A program made the translations under genes and the position numbers. Shown here in pieces: positions 25,541 to 50,573 of a DNA stretch of 64,000 nt; the first letter of the stretch is position 1; the number at the start of each line of letters is the position of its first letter. The notes beneath the pieces are model-generated. The model saw only the letters and a list, made by a program, of their open reading frames with translations. It was not told the origin of the DNA and searched no databases. The stretch comes from Lingula anatina (lineage: Eukaryota; Animalia; Brachiopoda), in NCBI GenBank assembly GCA_051362555.1, contig CM120640.1, forward strand, positions 20,832,001 to 20,896,000, written 5' to 3'.

Positions 25541-27538
25541 TCATGCTGCCTGGTTAACTGAAGGAACTTCAGTGTGTATAGGAGTATCCACTCCAGCAGA
25601 AAATATTCTCCTTTTCACAATGTAAAGCACTGTAGCAAAGAAGAAGACAAGAGCCAGGAATATGAGGAGTTTGTCAGTCATTTCCCTCCTGTTGTACTTG
25701 GTGAGCAGTTTTCGTGAGGCTGTGATGTGTCCACCCATGTTCTTAAACTCTTCATGAGTGTCTGTGATTGTCCTTGAAGAAGTTTCTGAAAAAAAATTTA
25801 TTTTAATTTTATATCACCAACACAGCTGATAAATGCAAGAGAATACCATGTGGTTACATGTACATAGTTTAAGGAATAACAAAAATATGGTCTTCAGCTT
25901 TCAAAAAAGACAACTGTTCAAACTTAAATATCACAAAAAAGATGGTAAAAAACTTATTAAACTTATAAAATTTATTATCTTGAACAGCACTGACAAAAAC
26001 TGACATAATCCTCTCTAGCATAAGACTGCATATTTCTAAATACAGCTGGAAGTACATTTAAATGCCTTTGACACTTGGAGGAACTATAAGTAAGCCTACC
26101 TAAAGTGGCCATGGTCTGTTCACTGTGCTGTACTTGGGTTGCCATGAGTCTACTGAGGCTCATCAGGCTCTCTGTCACATTGCTGCTAGCCTTGACTAAG
26201 CCCTGTCTGCCCAGGTGCTTCCTGAAATACTGTACTACTGTTAGAATCCTAAATACCAACAGTGAACATCTTAAAGATTACATAAATCAGGAATCCAGAA
26301 ATATCCATTCATTAATATTTTTGGATTCTCTTTGTGAATTCATGGAAGGAATAACAAAAATGTACAAATCAGTGATAAAACAACATTACCTCTGCCTCAT
26401 TTCAGCTCCGCCTTGCATAAGCTGCTCTTTTTCTTTCTTCTCCAAAGTTATCTGTGAAGCTAAGTATGCTTTGCGTAATGCATTCTGTGTGCTATGTTAT
26501 AAAGACAATATTGAATTTTTCTTTTAATTTCTTGCTGTCTTTAAAATCAAAGTGTGTCTCTGATACCATGTTTCTTTTATCCAATGCCATACACATTTAT
26601 TACTCAAGAAAATCTTAGATTTTCCTCACTTGATATCAAAAAGACAAAAAGGCCATTTTCAAAAGTTATATTCAAAAGGAAAGAATGAAACTTAATTTGC
26701 AGGATTCAAATTAATTACATAAATACAGTTCCTAGATTGTAACTTATGGTCCCTTTAACTACAGCAAGCAATGAGTCTTTTTGTATTGAACAAATGAAAT
26801 AACCAATTTCCATTCAGCAAATCTCACCTTGCCAACTGTGTCCTGTGTTTTTCTACATCATTCAATATATATTGCTTGTCTGATTCCTTATCCTGTTCCA
26901 GTGCTAGCTTTTCAAGTTCCTAAAATATAAACTGACCTCATGTTCATAATCTTTACCATTATAGGCCAATTAAAAGAGTCAGCTGTTTGTTTTTTTCAGT
27001 CAGTTATGATTACCAAAAGCACCCAAGTGAATAAAAAAAGCAAAATTGCTGACTAAAGAAATTAAAAAAGTGACATAAAAATATTCCATCACTGAGAGTG
27101 TACACATGTCAAATAATGTTGTTTTGCCTTAATGTAAACACGGTACTTACCTCAATTTTTTCTCGCAACCCATTTATCTTTCCCCTTGCCTTCAGGTTGA
27201 GATCACTTAGTGCTTCAAGTGGGCCATCAAATTCTCGAATATCCTGAAAATATGCATTTCTTCAATCATTTAGATGTGTGCGAACTGAACGGTTAAATTT
27301 TGGGAGTACCTCCACTTGCAGTTGTGCTAGTGCTAATTAGTACTGACTGGTACGTGTACCAGAGCAGCAGAAGAACCGTTTAGACCAGTCAAAAGAAGAA
27401 TCCAGTTCGTTTTGGTTAAAGATGTCATCAAGCATGCTGCATGTTATGGCTCCGTTATCATCTTACCTGAATAGCTGCTTTTGCTTGAAGGTCCAGCTTC
27501 ACTACATCTTGCTGGCACATCTTCACGGGTAGAGCCAT
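25541..27538 (-). CDS. BNIP1: vesicle transport SNARE SEC20/BNIP1
   Basis: Exons 27538-27467, 27243-27151, 26919-26828, 26491-26390, 26221-26100, 25785-25541. N-terminus MALPVKMCQQDVVKLDLQAKAAIQDIR; Sec20 domain SSNVTESLMSLSRLMATQV...SRKLLTKYNRREMTDK; C-terminal transmembrane anchor LLIFLALVFFFATVLYIVKRR. Confidence 0.93.
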
Positions 27539-27539
27539 G

Positions 27540-28137
27540 TCGCGCCCGTTCTTTTCCGTGGTAGGTCTGAGTTTCAAAGTACCTAAGTACAGTTGATGAA
27601 ATCGGTAAATATATGCTAGATATAAACATTTATATACTTTTGGGCATCGATCTACGAGTCCATAAAACTTACTGTTATATTTCTAATATTGACAGTTTTT
27701 TTGTTAGACGTATTTTAAAACGTTTAGGCCAAAAGATATGTTGCAAAAGAAAACAGGTTGTACCGTTTTACGGCTGCTGTCAGGAAATCACTTCCGGTGT
27801 GGTTTGCGGCCACGTCAACCTGAGTCTTGTGTGCCGCATTAGCACCCGTATTAAAGTAATGGGAACTGGCACGAATAATAGATCGAGCCACGATACTTTG
27901 TATGAAGTGGAACTGTTATTGATGAGCGACACACTTAATTCGTTGGCGTTGCGTGTTCGCGGCCTCGTTTTTGACTTCATAAATTTTTATCGAGTTTGGA
28001 ATATGATTTTATATACTTTTGTTTTCTTTTAGTTCAGCGGTAGATTTATTTTCATATTAAATGTGTGCAATATATCATCAGTGCTTATTTGCAAGAAGTG
28101 TATGCAAAGGCGGGCAGAACGAGATCCTTTAAACCAT
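27540..28137. promoter_or_regulatory. putative bidirectional promoter region for BNIP1 (-) and ENTPD4/7 (+)
   Basis: Start codons are only about 600 bp apart (27538 and 28138). CpG-rich patch with an ETS-type ACTTCCGG at 27790-27797. Confidence 0.55.
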
Positions 28138-31100
28138 ATGGCCAGGTAAAATACATGTATTGTTATTCCAACTTAACATTTGCAGACGTAGAATTTTTTT
28201 TTAGATCAAGGTAGTTGCAAATTTCTTCATGCTATAGTATAATTTTCCTTAATTTTATTTATTATTTATTATCTTTTCGTTCATTTTTTAATTGATTACT
28301 AGTAATTAAAAAAATATACTCTTTTGTTTGCCTATCATGATGCCAACATTAGAATTCAAGATAAAGATCTACTGAGGCATTATTGGTCATTATTTTTTAA
28401 AGTGTGCAATATTAATAGCAATCAATATTAGAGATGATAACTTACAACAACCTTGCATATAGGTTAATAACTGTTTCTTTTTTCTCTCCCTCTCTCTTCA
28501 AGGATCAGCATAAGATGCCCAGGTACATCATCAAAATGGAGTTGCTTTGCTCAGATGAATGGATGCACCTCCAAGATATTACTGGCATTAGTACCATGTG
28601 TGTGTGTCATCATAATCATCATAACTGTTATACAAAACTACAGCATTCAGAGGCATGAGAGAGCATTACTAAACCATGCACCTCCCAGACCAAGAACTGA
28701 CCACTATACCGCTGTGACTAACGTTCAAGATAACAGTTTACATTATGGGGTGGTTTTTGACTGTGGAAGCAGTGGGTCCAGGGTGTATGTGTATGTGTGG
28801 CCACAACATTCAGGGAATCCAAGGGAACTGCTCAAAATAAATCCTATGGTGGATGAGGACAAGAAGCCTGTGTCAAAGAAAATTACGCCAGGTAATGTGA
28901 GATCTTCAGTCTGTTTTTTCAGTTTATGTAGATAAAATATTCTTTTGAATTTTCATTCTATTTTTATTCATTCTTTTCTTTTTTATTCCTTACATTTAAA
29001 GAATTTTGTATAATAACACATATTTCCCTTTTTTAAGATTCCGAATAAATCCTTTTTACCACCTAATATTTATTGGTCTAAATAACTAAACAAAATAATG
29101 TTTATATTTGTATTTTTGCCAAAGACCAATTTATCTCTTATTAATGAAATATAATCTACTTACAAAGAGTGTAATTGTACATGCTAATAGAAAGCCAATT
29201 TGATTTATTAATAACAGTTACTGTTATTTATTGGGGAAAATAGGCCAACATGGCATGTTTAGTTGAGATACTAGGCATTCCCATAGAATACTTGAATGCA
29301 ATGTGCAATTAATGATATGCTAAAAATCATTTGAAACAATATAATCAAATGCTGAAATGCCAAAGAAACATTAGAGTTTTTTTTTTTTTTTTTTTTTGCT
29401 CCATCCTTGTTGTTTGAATTTCACTAGGTCTGTCAACATTTGGTAAGACCCCTTCTAAAGCTAGTGAATACCTACGACCTCTATTGGAGTATGCAGCAAA
29501 ACATGTGCCAAAAGACAAACACAAAGAAACACCTTTGTATATTTTAGCTACAGCTGGAATGAGAATGTTACCACAGAGGTAAGACCATTATTTAGTCAGG
29601 TTTTCATTTGATAGCTTTATGATGACATTTGTAACAATGGCTAGAAATGGTCAGTGAGTGTTTTTTTATTATTTACATTTATTTATTTATTTATTTATTT
29701 ATTTATTTGTATTTCATATAATCTCATTGACAAAAATACTGCCACATAGGTTTCAATACTGAATGTCAAGCTCTAGCACCAACCATTAAACTTAAGGACA
29801 CTACGTGGAAGCTACACTCAAAAAAATTGTTATTGAATTATAGAGCATTTTTCATATTTTATTGTTCAAATATCAGAAATCAATATAGCATAAATGTTAC
29901 AATATGGAAAGAGGAATGGTTGTTAAGTCTATTAAATCCTCAATAACTATTATTGATATTTAAGTCTATAAATTACACCCGCTGGATTGTGTGTGATGTG
30001 AATGTCTGATGAGTTTGATTTGAATTATAAATATAAGCAGACACTAATGTCTCATGTTTACGAAAACAAATATATGGGTATCTATTAAATATTTCAGCCA
30101 GCAAGATGCCATCTTAGAAGCCCTCCGTACGGATATCCCAATATTTTTCAACTTCCAGTTTGCAGCTGATCAAATTGGAGTAATATCTGGAAAAGAAGAG
30201 GGGGTGTATGCATGGATTGCAATTAATTACATCTTGGGAAGATTTGAACATGGGGAAGATGGTACGCACACAAGTTTGCTTAATGACAATGATATAGGAT
30301 TTCTTGTTGTAAATACGCATTCTTTGTTACTCAACTGTATACTCCCTGCAACATCAAGAATCCTGAAATTTCCTTAATGAAAATGAAAAACTGTATTTCC
30401 ATGCTCAGGGCCTGGATGGTAAAGAACAAACTAATGATAAATGACAGCCTAACAGAATTCTTGGTTATCACACAGCCTCACAACAAACACATTGCAGAAA
30501 TCCTCAGTACTAAGATTGGTGAAAGTGTGGTCAATACTTCTTCTCATGCAAAAATCTTGGTGTATATATGGACACCTTTCTGTTTAAGGACAAACATATA
30601 TTCCAAATTTCTAAATCATGCATGTTTCACGTCAGAAACAAAGCTGCAATTTGACCCCACTATATTTATGCAATCTCGTATAAACTTGCAACTGCCCGCC
30701 CCCTCCCGCCAACTTTTACCATTTACTCTTAACCCCATGTTGTCGCATACAGTGACAATTTTGATTTCTGCATATTTTTTAATCAGTTTTTCCTGCATTG
30801 ATAACCTCAGTTTTATTTCATGTAGAGTTGTTTAATTAATGTTCCAGATGACCCGCTGATAGCTGTGGACCCCCCTGGTGCCAAGGCCAGCTCTGGCCCT
30901 CATGTCAGGAAGAGAACAGTAGGCATGATGGACATGGGAGGGGGCTCCATGCAGATTGCCTATGAAGTTCCCAAATCTGTAAGATTTGACTCTCCAAAGG
31001 TTATTATTCCCTATGGGTTCTCTTTGCTTCTTTCTTTTTCTTTAGTTATAGTTAAATATGATGTTTTTTTTTTTAAGAATTACAATAAAAGGTAGAGTTT

Positions 31101-34100
31101 TACTGAATTGAGATTTGTTGTGTGTATCTTGAGAAGGGTATTCAAAGAAATCTGGTAGAAATCAGTGGATCTGGTTAAAGTCATTTGGAAATCACTTCAA
31201 AAGGTGAAGGAATTATGTATTAGTTCATATTTAGAAGGGTGAAAGTTTGTTACTAGGTGTGTTCTTAATGGGGAATAGTGTGTGGGCATTAAATAATACA
31301 TACTTGACTTATTTTATGATGCAAGGCACAGTATTGTCAAAATTATTATTTCATAAGTTGCATGTTGAAATGATGTAGGACGAAAAAAGGATATAAGGAA
31401 ACTTTTCTATTCCACTTAATTAGGTTTTTTTAAGATAAAAAAATGAGTTTTAAGTTTTGCATGTGATATATTTTTGCCTTTGTTGTGACCAACCTCCAGT
31501 CTAGCTAGCATCTAACAATATCACCTCATTTTGAGGTGTTCAAACAATTTAAATTGGTCCACCAGTTTACCAGTTTACAAGGATATGTCAGACAAAAGAA
31601 AGGAGCACACTTGGTTGGAAATCTCTAAAATGATCTGTAATAAATACATATTAATGTTTCAGGAGGAGATTGCAAAAACCTTGATCTCAGAGTTTAATTT
31701 AGGATGTAGAAAGACAGACCTGGATCACAACTACAGGACGTATGTCACTACATTTCTAGGCTATGGTGCTAATGCTGCCAGAGACAGATATCACAAAGTA
31801 ATTGTAGACATTGCAAAGAGGCGGAATCTCACCAGGTATGGATTTTTTTTAGTCTGAAAATTGGATAGAATCTTGATTTAATCAATATGCTGTAGAATTT
31901 GAGATTATTACGGATAAAATGGTGATAGCAGACAGTTTAGGAGAATTTTGCTTTACTTGCTGTGAAGAATGAATGGTAATTAAGAAATGAAACTGTATAC
32001 ATTTGAAGATGTGCCATTATTTGCAGCATCTAATAGCTTATTATAATACTAAAATTGTGATTGAAAAATGGAAAATTCTTTGCCTTTGAAATATTTCCCC
32101 TTTCAGAAAGTTTCTCAGGCTGGTCAAATTGTTTCTGTACATTCATGTGCGTAACCCTGTGTGAACTCTAGATTTCAAAAGATTTACTTACTTTTTTTTT
32201 CAGTTTTTATAAAAACTCACCAATAGCACCCATCTTGGATCCCTGCAGACCATTGGATTTGTCTGAAACTTACAGTGTAAATGGGACCTCGTATCATTTC
32301 CTGGGAACAGGAAACTATACAGCTTGCAAACCTGCTGTGATACCATTACTTAACCTTACGGCTCACTGTGTCAAGGAGCCTTGTTCTATTAATGGCATAT
32401 ACCAGCCACCAATTAACTTTTACAACAGTGAGTTCTATGGTTTCTCTGAGTTTTGGTACTCATCTGATGATGTGCTGAGACTTGGAGGAAAATATGACTA
32501 CTATAGATTTGAAAAAGCAGCCAAGGTAAGAGGGTGCAGTATAGCTTGTTAAAGATATACTTATCTATTATTAATTATGCTTTTGCTGTTTCTGTAATCA
32601 TATTTGGATTTTATAACATTGACGTCAAACAACACTGATATGAGGACACTCATTTAATTAAATTTCATGTCTGTCCTGAATAAGTTCAATAGTGATACAT
32701 CTTAGAACTTGGCATTTTTTTCTTTAAATTTTCTGTATTACAATTTAAATGGGAAAGGAAAAACCTTTCAGTATTCCTTTTCCACATAAGCATAACTATA
32801 TATTTCTATATTAATGTATTGATTAAATGCTGTTATCTTGAACAGTTTTGTTTATCCAAGCCTTATAAGGCTGAACACTATGAAAGATTCTTTTTAGTCA
32901 ATGTTAAAAATTATTAACATGATAAATTGATTAACTTACAATTTAGCTGGGTTGCTAAGTGTAAAATTTGACTGATTTAATTGCCATCAATATAAAACTT
33001 TAAAAAGCTATTTGAAAATATGCCACTTATATGCCACAAATTATTTGACTTTATAATTAGAAGAAACTTCAAAAGCATGGTAATGAGCAGTGCCTGTATG
33101 GATGGTTTATAAATCTGTACCTTTGCCCACATTTTAATCCAAGGTCATGTTTATTATTTTAGGTCTGGCCCATATTTTAATTCTAGGTCATGTTTAATAT
33201 TTTAGGACTACTGTGCCTTATCTTGGAAGAAGATATTAGATTTCAAAAAACAGAACTACTATCCTAAAGCAGATGATGAACGATTAAGGTATTTGTTAAC
33301 TTAAATGAAAAGAAATAACTCAGAGAAGTGAAAATGCATAGAGGAGAATTTTTTATGCCGAAACCCAATCTGAACTAAAATATTATCAGAATTAAAGTGG
33401 CACCAGCCATACATATTAAGTTGCTGTAGTCGATATTTTATATCCATCTGTTGCCCTTTTAATATTTTATTAATTAAGAACGAGTGGTTTTCAGATTAAT
33501 TGAAAGCATATACCCACATGGCATGCATACTGATTAGGATTTTTCGTGTGATATAAGCATTAACTGAATATGCAATTCCAGAGAAGAAAAAATTCTACAA
33601 GACATTGTTTCTGTGAAAAAAATTTGATACCTTCAGCAACAACTCTGTGAACCATTCCCTTCATAATGAAAAGCAGAGTCGGATATCCTGATTTGCTTCA
33701 TTTTTCTAAATGAATTTTGCAGGACCCAGTGTTTCAAGTCGGCATGGATGAGTACAACTTTACATGTGGGCTTCAAGTTTCCAAAGACGTACAAACATTT
33801 CCGCTCAGCTCAAGTAGTTTATGATAAAGATGTGCAGTGGACACTAGGTGCTCTGCTGTTTAGGATAAGGTATTTACCACTCAGGTGCGTAGAATGAATT
33901 TTACACTTTCTTCAACTATTTAGCACATTTGGTCGGAAAGGTTCACTGTGTTTTAGAGGGATTCTATTTTCTCAGATGCTTCAAGCATTAGTAACTTTTA
34001 GAAACTAAGACTAAAAAGACTTCGTTATTTGCAAAAAAAGTAAATTAAAGTAACTAAATGAAAATAATAATAATAAGAAAAAGAAAAAACATTGAATCAT

Positions 34101-34590
34101 CTCTTCTTATGATCATTTGTAAAATTATATGAATTCATAAGTGTACTTATTACAGTGCTCAGAAAATTAAAAAGTATCTTTGAGGAATAATATTGCTTAG
34201 GTTCATCAGTAATTTTAATGACTGCAGATGTTTCCAATATTTTTAAATGAATCAGCTATTTTGCCACCAACTCTTTACATACGTGTAGGGTAAGCAATTT
34301 CATTATTTAAAATTTTCAGAGAAGTGGAAAAAGTATTCTATCAGCATTTTCGCCCGCCTTGGGTTGATCAACCATTTTACATGACTTTCCTACCCTGGTT
34401 CTGCATAGCTGTTGTTATCATTGCCATACTTCTGTACTGGGTTCGCCTCAACAGGATGAGAGGACGACCCTTACCCTCCGAGTCGCATGCCGAGTACCTA
34501 CGCAGTATCCCCAGCATGGCGTATTTTATGACCGAGGAGGATGAGATGGAGATGGGAGTGAAAGTGCTGCCTGCTATGCCTGATAGCTGA
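28138..34590 (+). CDS. ENTPD4: ectonucleoside triphosphate diphosphohydrolase 4/7 (Golgi/lysosomal apyrase, GDA1/CD39 family)
   Basis: Exons 28138-28145, 28503-28891, 29428-29578, 30098-30261, 30848-30999 (alternative end 30978), 31663-31835, 32204-32525, 33206-33288, 33723-33884, 34320-34590. Starts MARIS; N- and C-terminal transmembrane segments; apyrase conserved regions DCGSSGSR, ATAGMR, GKEEGVYAW, DMGGGSMQ and WTLG. Confidence 0.93.
30311..30640 (+). mobile_element. degenerate LINE (L2/CR1-group) reverse transcriptase fragment in an ENTPD intron
   Basis: Decayed YADDTQLY-like segment (YAFFVTQLY), then 'CISMLRAWMVKNKLMINDSLTEFLVI...IGESVVNTSSHAKILV', resembling the WMxxNKLxLNxxKTEF...AKNLGV motif. 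Confidence 0.7.
33125..33210. repeat. 43-bp tandem duplication covering an ENTPD 3' splice site
   Basis: gcccacattttaatccaaggtcatgtttattattttagg versus gcccatattttaattctaggtcatgtttaatattttagg; period 43. Confidence 0.85.
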
Positions 34591-37500
34591 ATTAATACCT
34601 CTATGTCAATACATACTGAATATGTGCAATGTACACCAATGCCTATTACCGATTTCAAAGCAGGGACATTTGTCACAAACTTAGTGCAAGTCTGTTTTTA
34701 GATAACTGGTTCTTCACAAGAGTAGTGCACTGTGTTACAATTCGGTTTACAAAACATATGGGGGGGGGGGGGGGGGAGTGACGACTGGTCTTTCATAGAA
34801 CTGTTTTGATTGTTTCAGTTTAGATTAAAATTGAGCAGGGTACACTACTTCACAACAGACAGTCTTTCGGGTTCAAGTATAACACAGACCTGAATACCTC
34901 GGCCTTGATTTTAGGCCTTTATCACACAAGGGCAGTAAATGGAATTTGGCTGTAGCACTGACACAGTACACAATGCTGCATACTCACAATTTCTTAAATA
35001 AGAAAATTTGCAGAGAAGTTCCTGTAATGCATTTGGCTGTACAAAGATGGAAAGCTGCATCTGTGATTATAAAGTTGTAAGTCACATTGCATGTGATGTA
35101 TTGAATGAAATGATCAGTTCTTATCTGTGATATTACCTTTCTGAATTGTCAGCATTTGATCATTTCTGTTATAATGGCTGCAGTATGGTTAAGAGAATGT
35201 TTCTTAGAAGTTAGATGCCATTCAGGGGTTACCTACCTCTAAATTCTACAAAGACAAATTATGTTGATGGTGTAGAGATCATTCTGTGGTACACAAACTG
35301 TGTCCTTTTACAGATGCATTAATACCTGGGAAATATTTTATATTACTATACACATGTGCAGTAAAAAGATGATGCTTAACTGGAACAAGATTGCTTGTTT
35401 TTATAGTGGTAAAGTGGCCAATCTGATACATATATGCCAAGTATAGAAAACCTGGAATGTTAGCAGTTACTTCTGAATCAGTAACAGTACATTGGTGGTG
35501 GTAATGGTAATGTAAATTTTAATTTGGTGTAGTTATTTATGTATACATGTGAATTTATTTCTAAATTTGGCAAAATATCTGAATGTTTTTAAAACAACAG
35601 AAGTGACAATAATCACAGTGTCAATTTTTTGTAGATATGGAACATCATAATATCATTCAATTAAATTAATAGCTTGGATCAAACAAGGAATAACTAAGAA
35701 ATACATTTAATTGTTTTTATACTGTGTTGGTCAATTTTATTGGCTTAAGACAAATTAACCTATAATTCCATAGTGGATTTGAAGGCCATGGTCGATGTTC
35801 TAGCTAAAAGCTAATATTATGTACACAATTCTTGAAAAAGATGCACTTAAATAATTTCTATCGCAATGCTCTACTTTTTTCAGAATTTATCCATGTAATG
35901 CCTAATTTCCATAATTGAGCACAATCAAATAGAGATTTTATTTTATGAGATATGATTAAAATACCTAATATCTATTTGCATTATCTGTTACCTACAAGTA
36001 ATGTAAGGATCGAGCAAAAGCTTTGTCACCTACTACTATTATAAGAAAAAGAAAATAGTTACAACAAAGAATACATATTTCTAAATCAAGGTGGGAACAC
36101 ATTTTATAACCAGATGATCATAATGCTTAAAAGGGATAAATTTAGCCTAGAGAACTTCCAGGAATGTCTGGAGACAAAGCATACCCTTCCATGTCCCTGA
36201 CAACTTGCCAGCAAGGTCAAGGTCAAAATTCTCTGCACTTTGAGGCAACAGCAAAATGTGACATAGGATTGTGAATATGCAATGTGTATTAAATCTTGAA
36301 GTCCTTATATAGATAGCAAAGCTGGCAAGTATACAGACAATACAGCCAATCAAGTTACCAGAGGGTTGAAAGTAACTAAAATTTGAAAATGAGTAAAAAA
36401 TCACCAACTTGTTATCATTTATAGTAAGAACAGTATGCCATTCCATATCAGTGCAGCTGACAGACAAAAAAGTTAAGCAATGGAATTTGGGACAATTTTG
36501 CACTGGAAAAGTAGTGAAGTTGCCCTATTTTTAAATTCTCATTCATTTTGAATGCATCTAATTTTTTTTTTAGTTAACCTCAATGAAATTTGAGGTAAAC
36601 TTGCAGTTTCTGTCTGTATAAATGAGTATGCTGCAAGCAACAAATTAAGATATGAGTGTGTTACTGTCATAAAAAGACAATGAAGTTCAGAAAATATACA
36701 GACCAAGGCTTCTGCATATGAAAATATCCACTCAAAAGTTTTTTGTTTGTTTAAATGAGGTAAAACTTATCTAAGTATCCATGACCTTTAATATTTGATT
36801 TACTATCTATGGTATCACAAAACCTACATATATGACATAATAAAACATAATGCATAGAAGATGAAATGGAGCACATTAAAATCCCATGCTAAAATATGCA
36901 CCAGTTGTAATGCACTCGTAGAAATACAGAAAACTTTGGTATGATGACAGTTTACCAACATTCTAATTCCTTATAAATATATTCAATCTAATTACAATTG
37001 TGTTCACTTGTCCATTCCTGCTATACCTGTTCCATGTGGTTCACTGGAAGATTGTATTACATGTGAAGCCACATGGACAAGGATAGCTCTGTGTTAGGTG
37101 TGACACTGAAATTAACGTTATGGCCGTCTTTCGTTCTTTCACTGCTAGCTGGGCTGCATTTGCCAAGTTCTCTGCTAAAAAGCTTAATCTCTGTTGAATA
37201 CTGTAGACCCTCCCATCCCCACCACCACCAAAGGAAGGGGGAGGGGAGAACAAAAATGGGCCACATTACCCAAAACCATCCCCTTTCAGGGGATTTGGAC
37301 AGTTTTGGGTCCATACATACTGGTATAAATAATCTGGAGAAATTCCAGATAAGACAAGAGTCTGGTCTGCCTCAAACCAAACTATGACCATGAGAAAAGT
37401 GATTCTAAGTAGCTGAACATACAATACTAATATTACTTCCTGGTAAAATCCCATGTCATCCTGCACAAAGTGATTCCATTGGACTTGGTTCATATGTGTG

Positions 37501-37602
37501 CCAGTTTGCATCATACTAATCACTCTTATCTCTGCATCCTTTCCTACAGCTGTATTTGGTTATACAAGTATTGTTTAGACATATAGTTTAAACTGGTCAG
37601 TT

Positions 37603-48298
<10,696 letters not shown>

Positions 48299-50573
48299 GG
48301 TTTTTGTTCACTTCTTGCCTTATTTTACTGGAATACAGAAGGCTGGGCACAAACCTACAAGAAAAAAAAACTTTTGTTATTTTCATTGACATCTTACACT
48401 GTTTTTTTTTTCTACAATTTACGAATGCTTTTTCCTATTAGACATACAATAGGTCACTTTTTTTTTTTTTTTACAAAAAGCCTTTCAATCAGCCTCAGCA
48501 ATATAAATTAAAAAAGAAAAACATTCAAGAGAAAACAATTACACAGTTTTTCAAATCGTAAGTATTGGTTCCTGGTGGGGTGGTTTTGAACTTCTAGCCA
48601 AATCCTACTGAGAGGAAGATACCTCTTCATCCTCAACACTAGTATCTGATATTTTCAACCATCATGACTCATAAAACAAGAACAGCCTTTGACTCACACT
48701 ATAAATAAACATTTGGAGATACAGCCCCCCCCCCCCCCCCCCAAAAAAAAAAATGTATACAAATGAAGTAAAATGGTTGAGCTTAATAAAAGGAAACAGC
48801 AGTCTGCTCCAATTGGTGTGACAAACTTTTTAAGTAAAATCATTTAGGTGATAACATAATTATTCAATCAAAATGTGGAGTTTAACCTTCTTGGGTGTTT
48901 TTCTCTTTATGTCTTAATTTTTGCTTTTAAAAATCAACAAATGGGACTAGAACTGAATACCATGTCTTTTACAGTCATCTTTCTTAAAAACACTTGGTAA
49001 GTTGGTTTATTGTGTACTCACTTGGTTTATTATGTTCTATGTCTTAAAAGCACATCCAATTCCTTTCAAAACCATTTGTTTAAAATATATCAGTATAAAT
49101 AATCAATCAACAAACTAAAACATCACCTCTGGACTATATATATAAAATAATAATACATAATATGTCTTTAACTTTGACCCCATGGGCATGGGAAGTTCAG
49201 AGGCAGAAAGTTTACTAGTAATTGTATTAATAAATGTGCAGCACAGCAAGGGATTGCCAAAAAACACCTCTGAGCTAATCAATTTCTGCTAACACTTTTC
49301 AGCAAAGGTCAGACTTCTGGTCAACTCACCTATAAAATGTTGGTTGACCACTAGATGACCACTGAGTAAGTTAATCCTCAATAAGCAGTCTACCAAAATA
49401 TAAATTGAACTTAATAACAAAATAATGTAGTCCTCCTAACCATGGCCTGGTATCTTCACAGTGAAGGAAATACCAAGAACATTTTAACTTTGAACTCTTT
49501 TATCCCCAGTTGAAGGCATGCCATAATCGAAGCTGTTCATAGAAAATTGCGATACATAAGCCAGTTTTCATCATGTTTTGAGTGTCCTTTTAGTCACTCT
49601 CGTAATGCAGGTAGTTATTGGCAATTTTTCTTCATTACAGTAAAATATATAACTTGAAAAAAAGTTCATAGATAATTTTTTGTGAGGAGTTTCAAACATG
49701 GTATACCATATAATTACATTTAGACAGACGAGCAGTTATAAATCCCTTCCTTATTTTTCTCTCTCTAATGCTCAACTGTAACATTTCTCAAAAATCAAAA
49801 AGATGAAAATATTAATTTGGCTTGAAGTTAGGCATGTAATATACAAACTATATACAAAAATTGAGGCCTGAAAGTTTTCTTAGTGTATCTTAAGATTTAT
49901 TTTGAGAGTTTATTTTTGTTTCTCTGTAATGCACAACAAATAGCACAGGTGACCCTCATATGAATATCTGCACATGCTTAAATCCATAAAGTAACATCCT
50001 GGAAATTCCTACTAATTCATGATAAAATACCTACAGCACAGGAGAACCTCAGACATTCCTAGACCATATTTAGACAGTGTTGGCAGCAAGTGTTTGTAAA
50101 GTAAACACCCAAATATAACATTATGATTAGCAATATCAATCATGACCACACACTGTAGTCTTTTCCCCCCACCTTTTTTCAGAATTCCTCTTGCAATGCC
50201 AATGTTTCTAAATTTCTTATGATTAAAACTGCTCTTGTGCATTGCATGGCATTTTGAAAAAGCTTACATAAGATACAAATCACATACAATACAAACTTTT
50301 TCTGAGAAGAAAAAGAAGGAAGGTATATTTACAACAAAAGCCATCCTTTCTTCCTTCATACCTTTTTTAGCAACTAAAGACATTGCTCATACAGAGGAAC
50401 AAAATGTTTTCCTAAAATTACCTAACCCAAATTTATCAATCTGTACGCTTCCTGATGTAGTAGTCAAAAAATAGTTTTAGTTAAAAGCAGAGCTTGAAGC
50501 AATTTCATATACTCATACTGAAGACATAGAGCACTTATTCATATCCAGAACCATTGATTCAATGTTTAATTTA

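Noticed and set aside
25132-25557. 141-aa + strand ORF
   Set aside because: Lies antisense in the BNIP1 3'UTR, with no motifs or splice support.
36147-37523. Cluster of short ORFs between ENTPD4/7 and CSK
   Set aside because: Located in presumed 3'UTR or intergenic sequence, with no domain signal or consistent exon structure.
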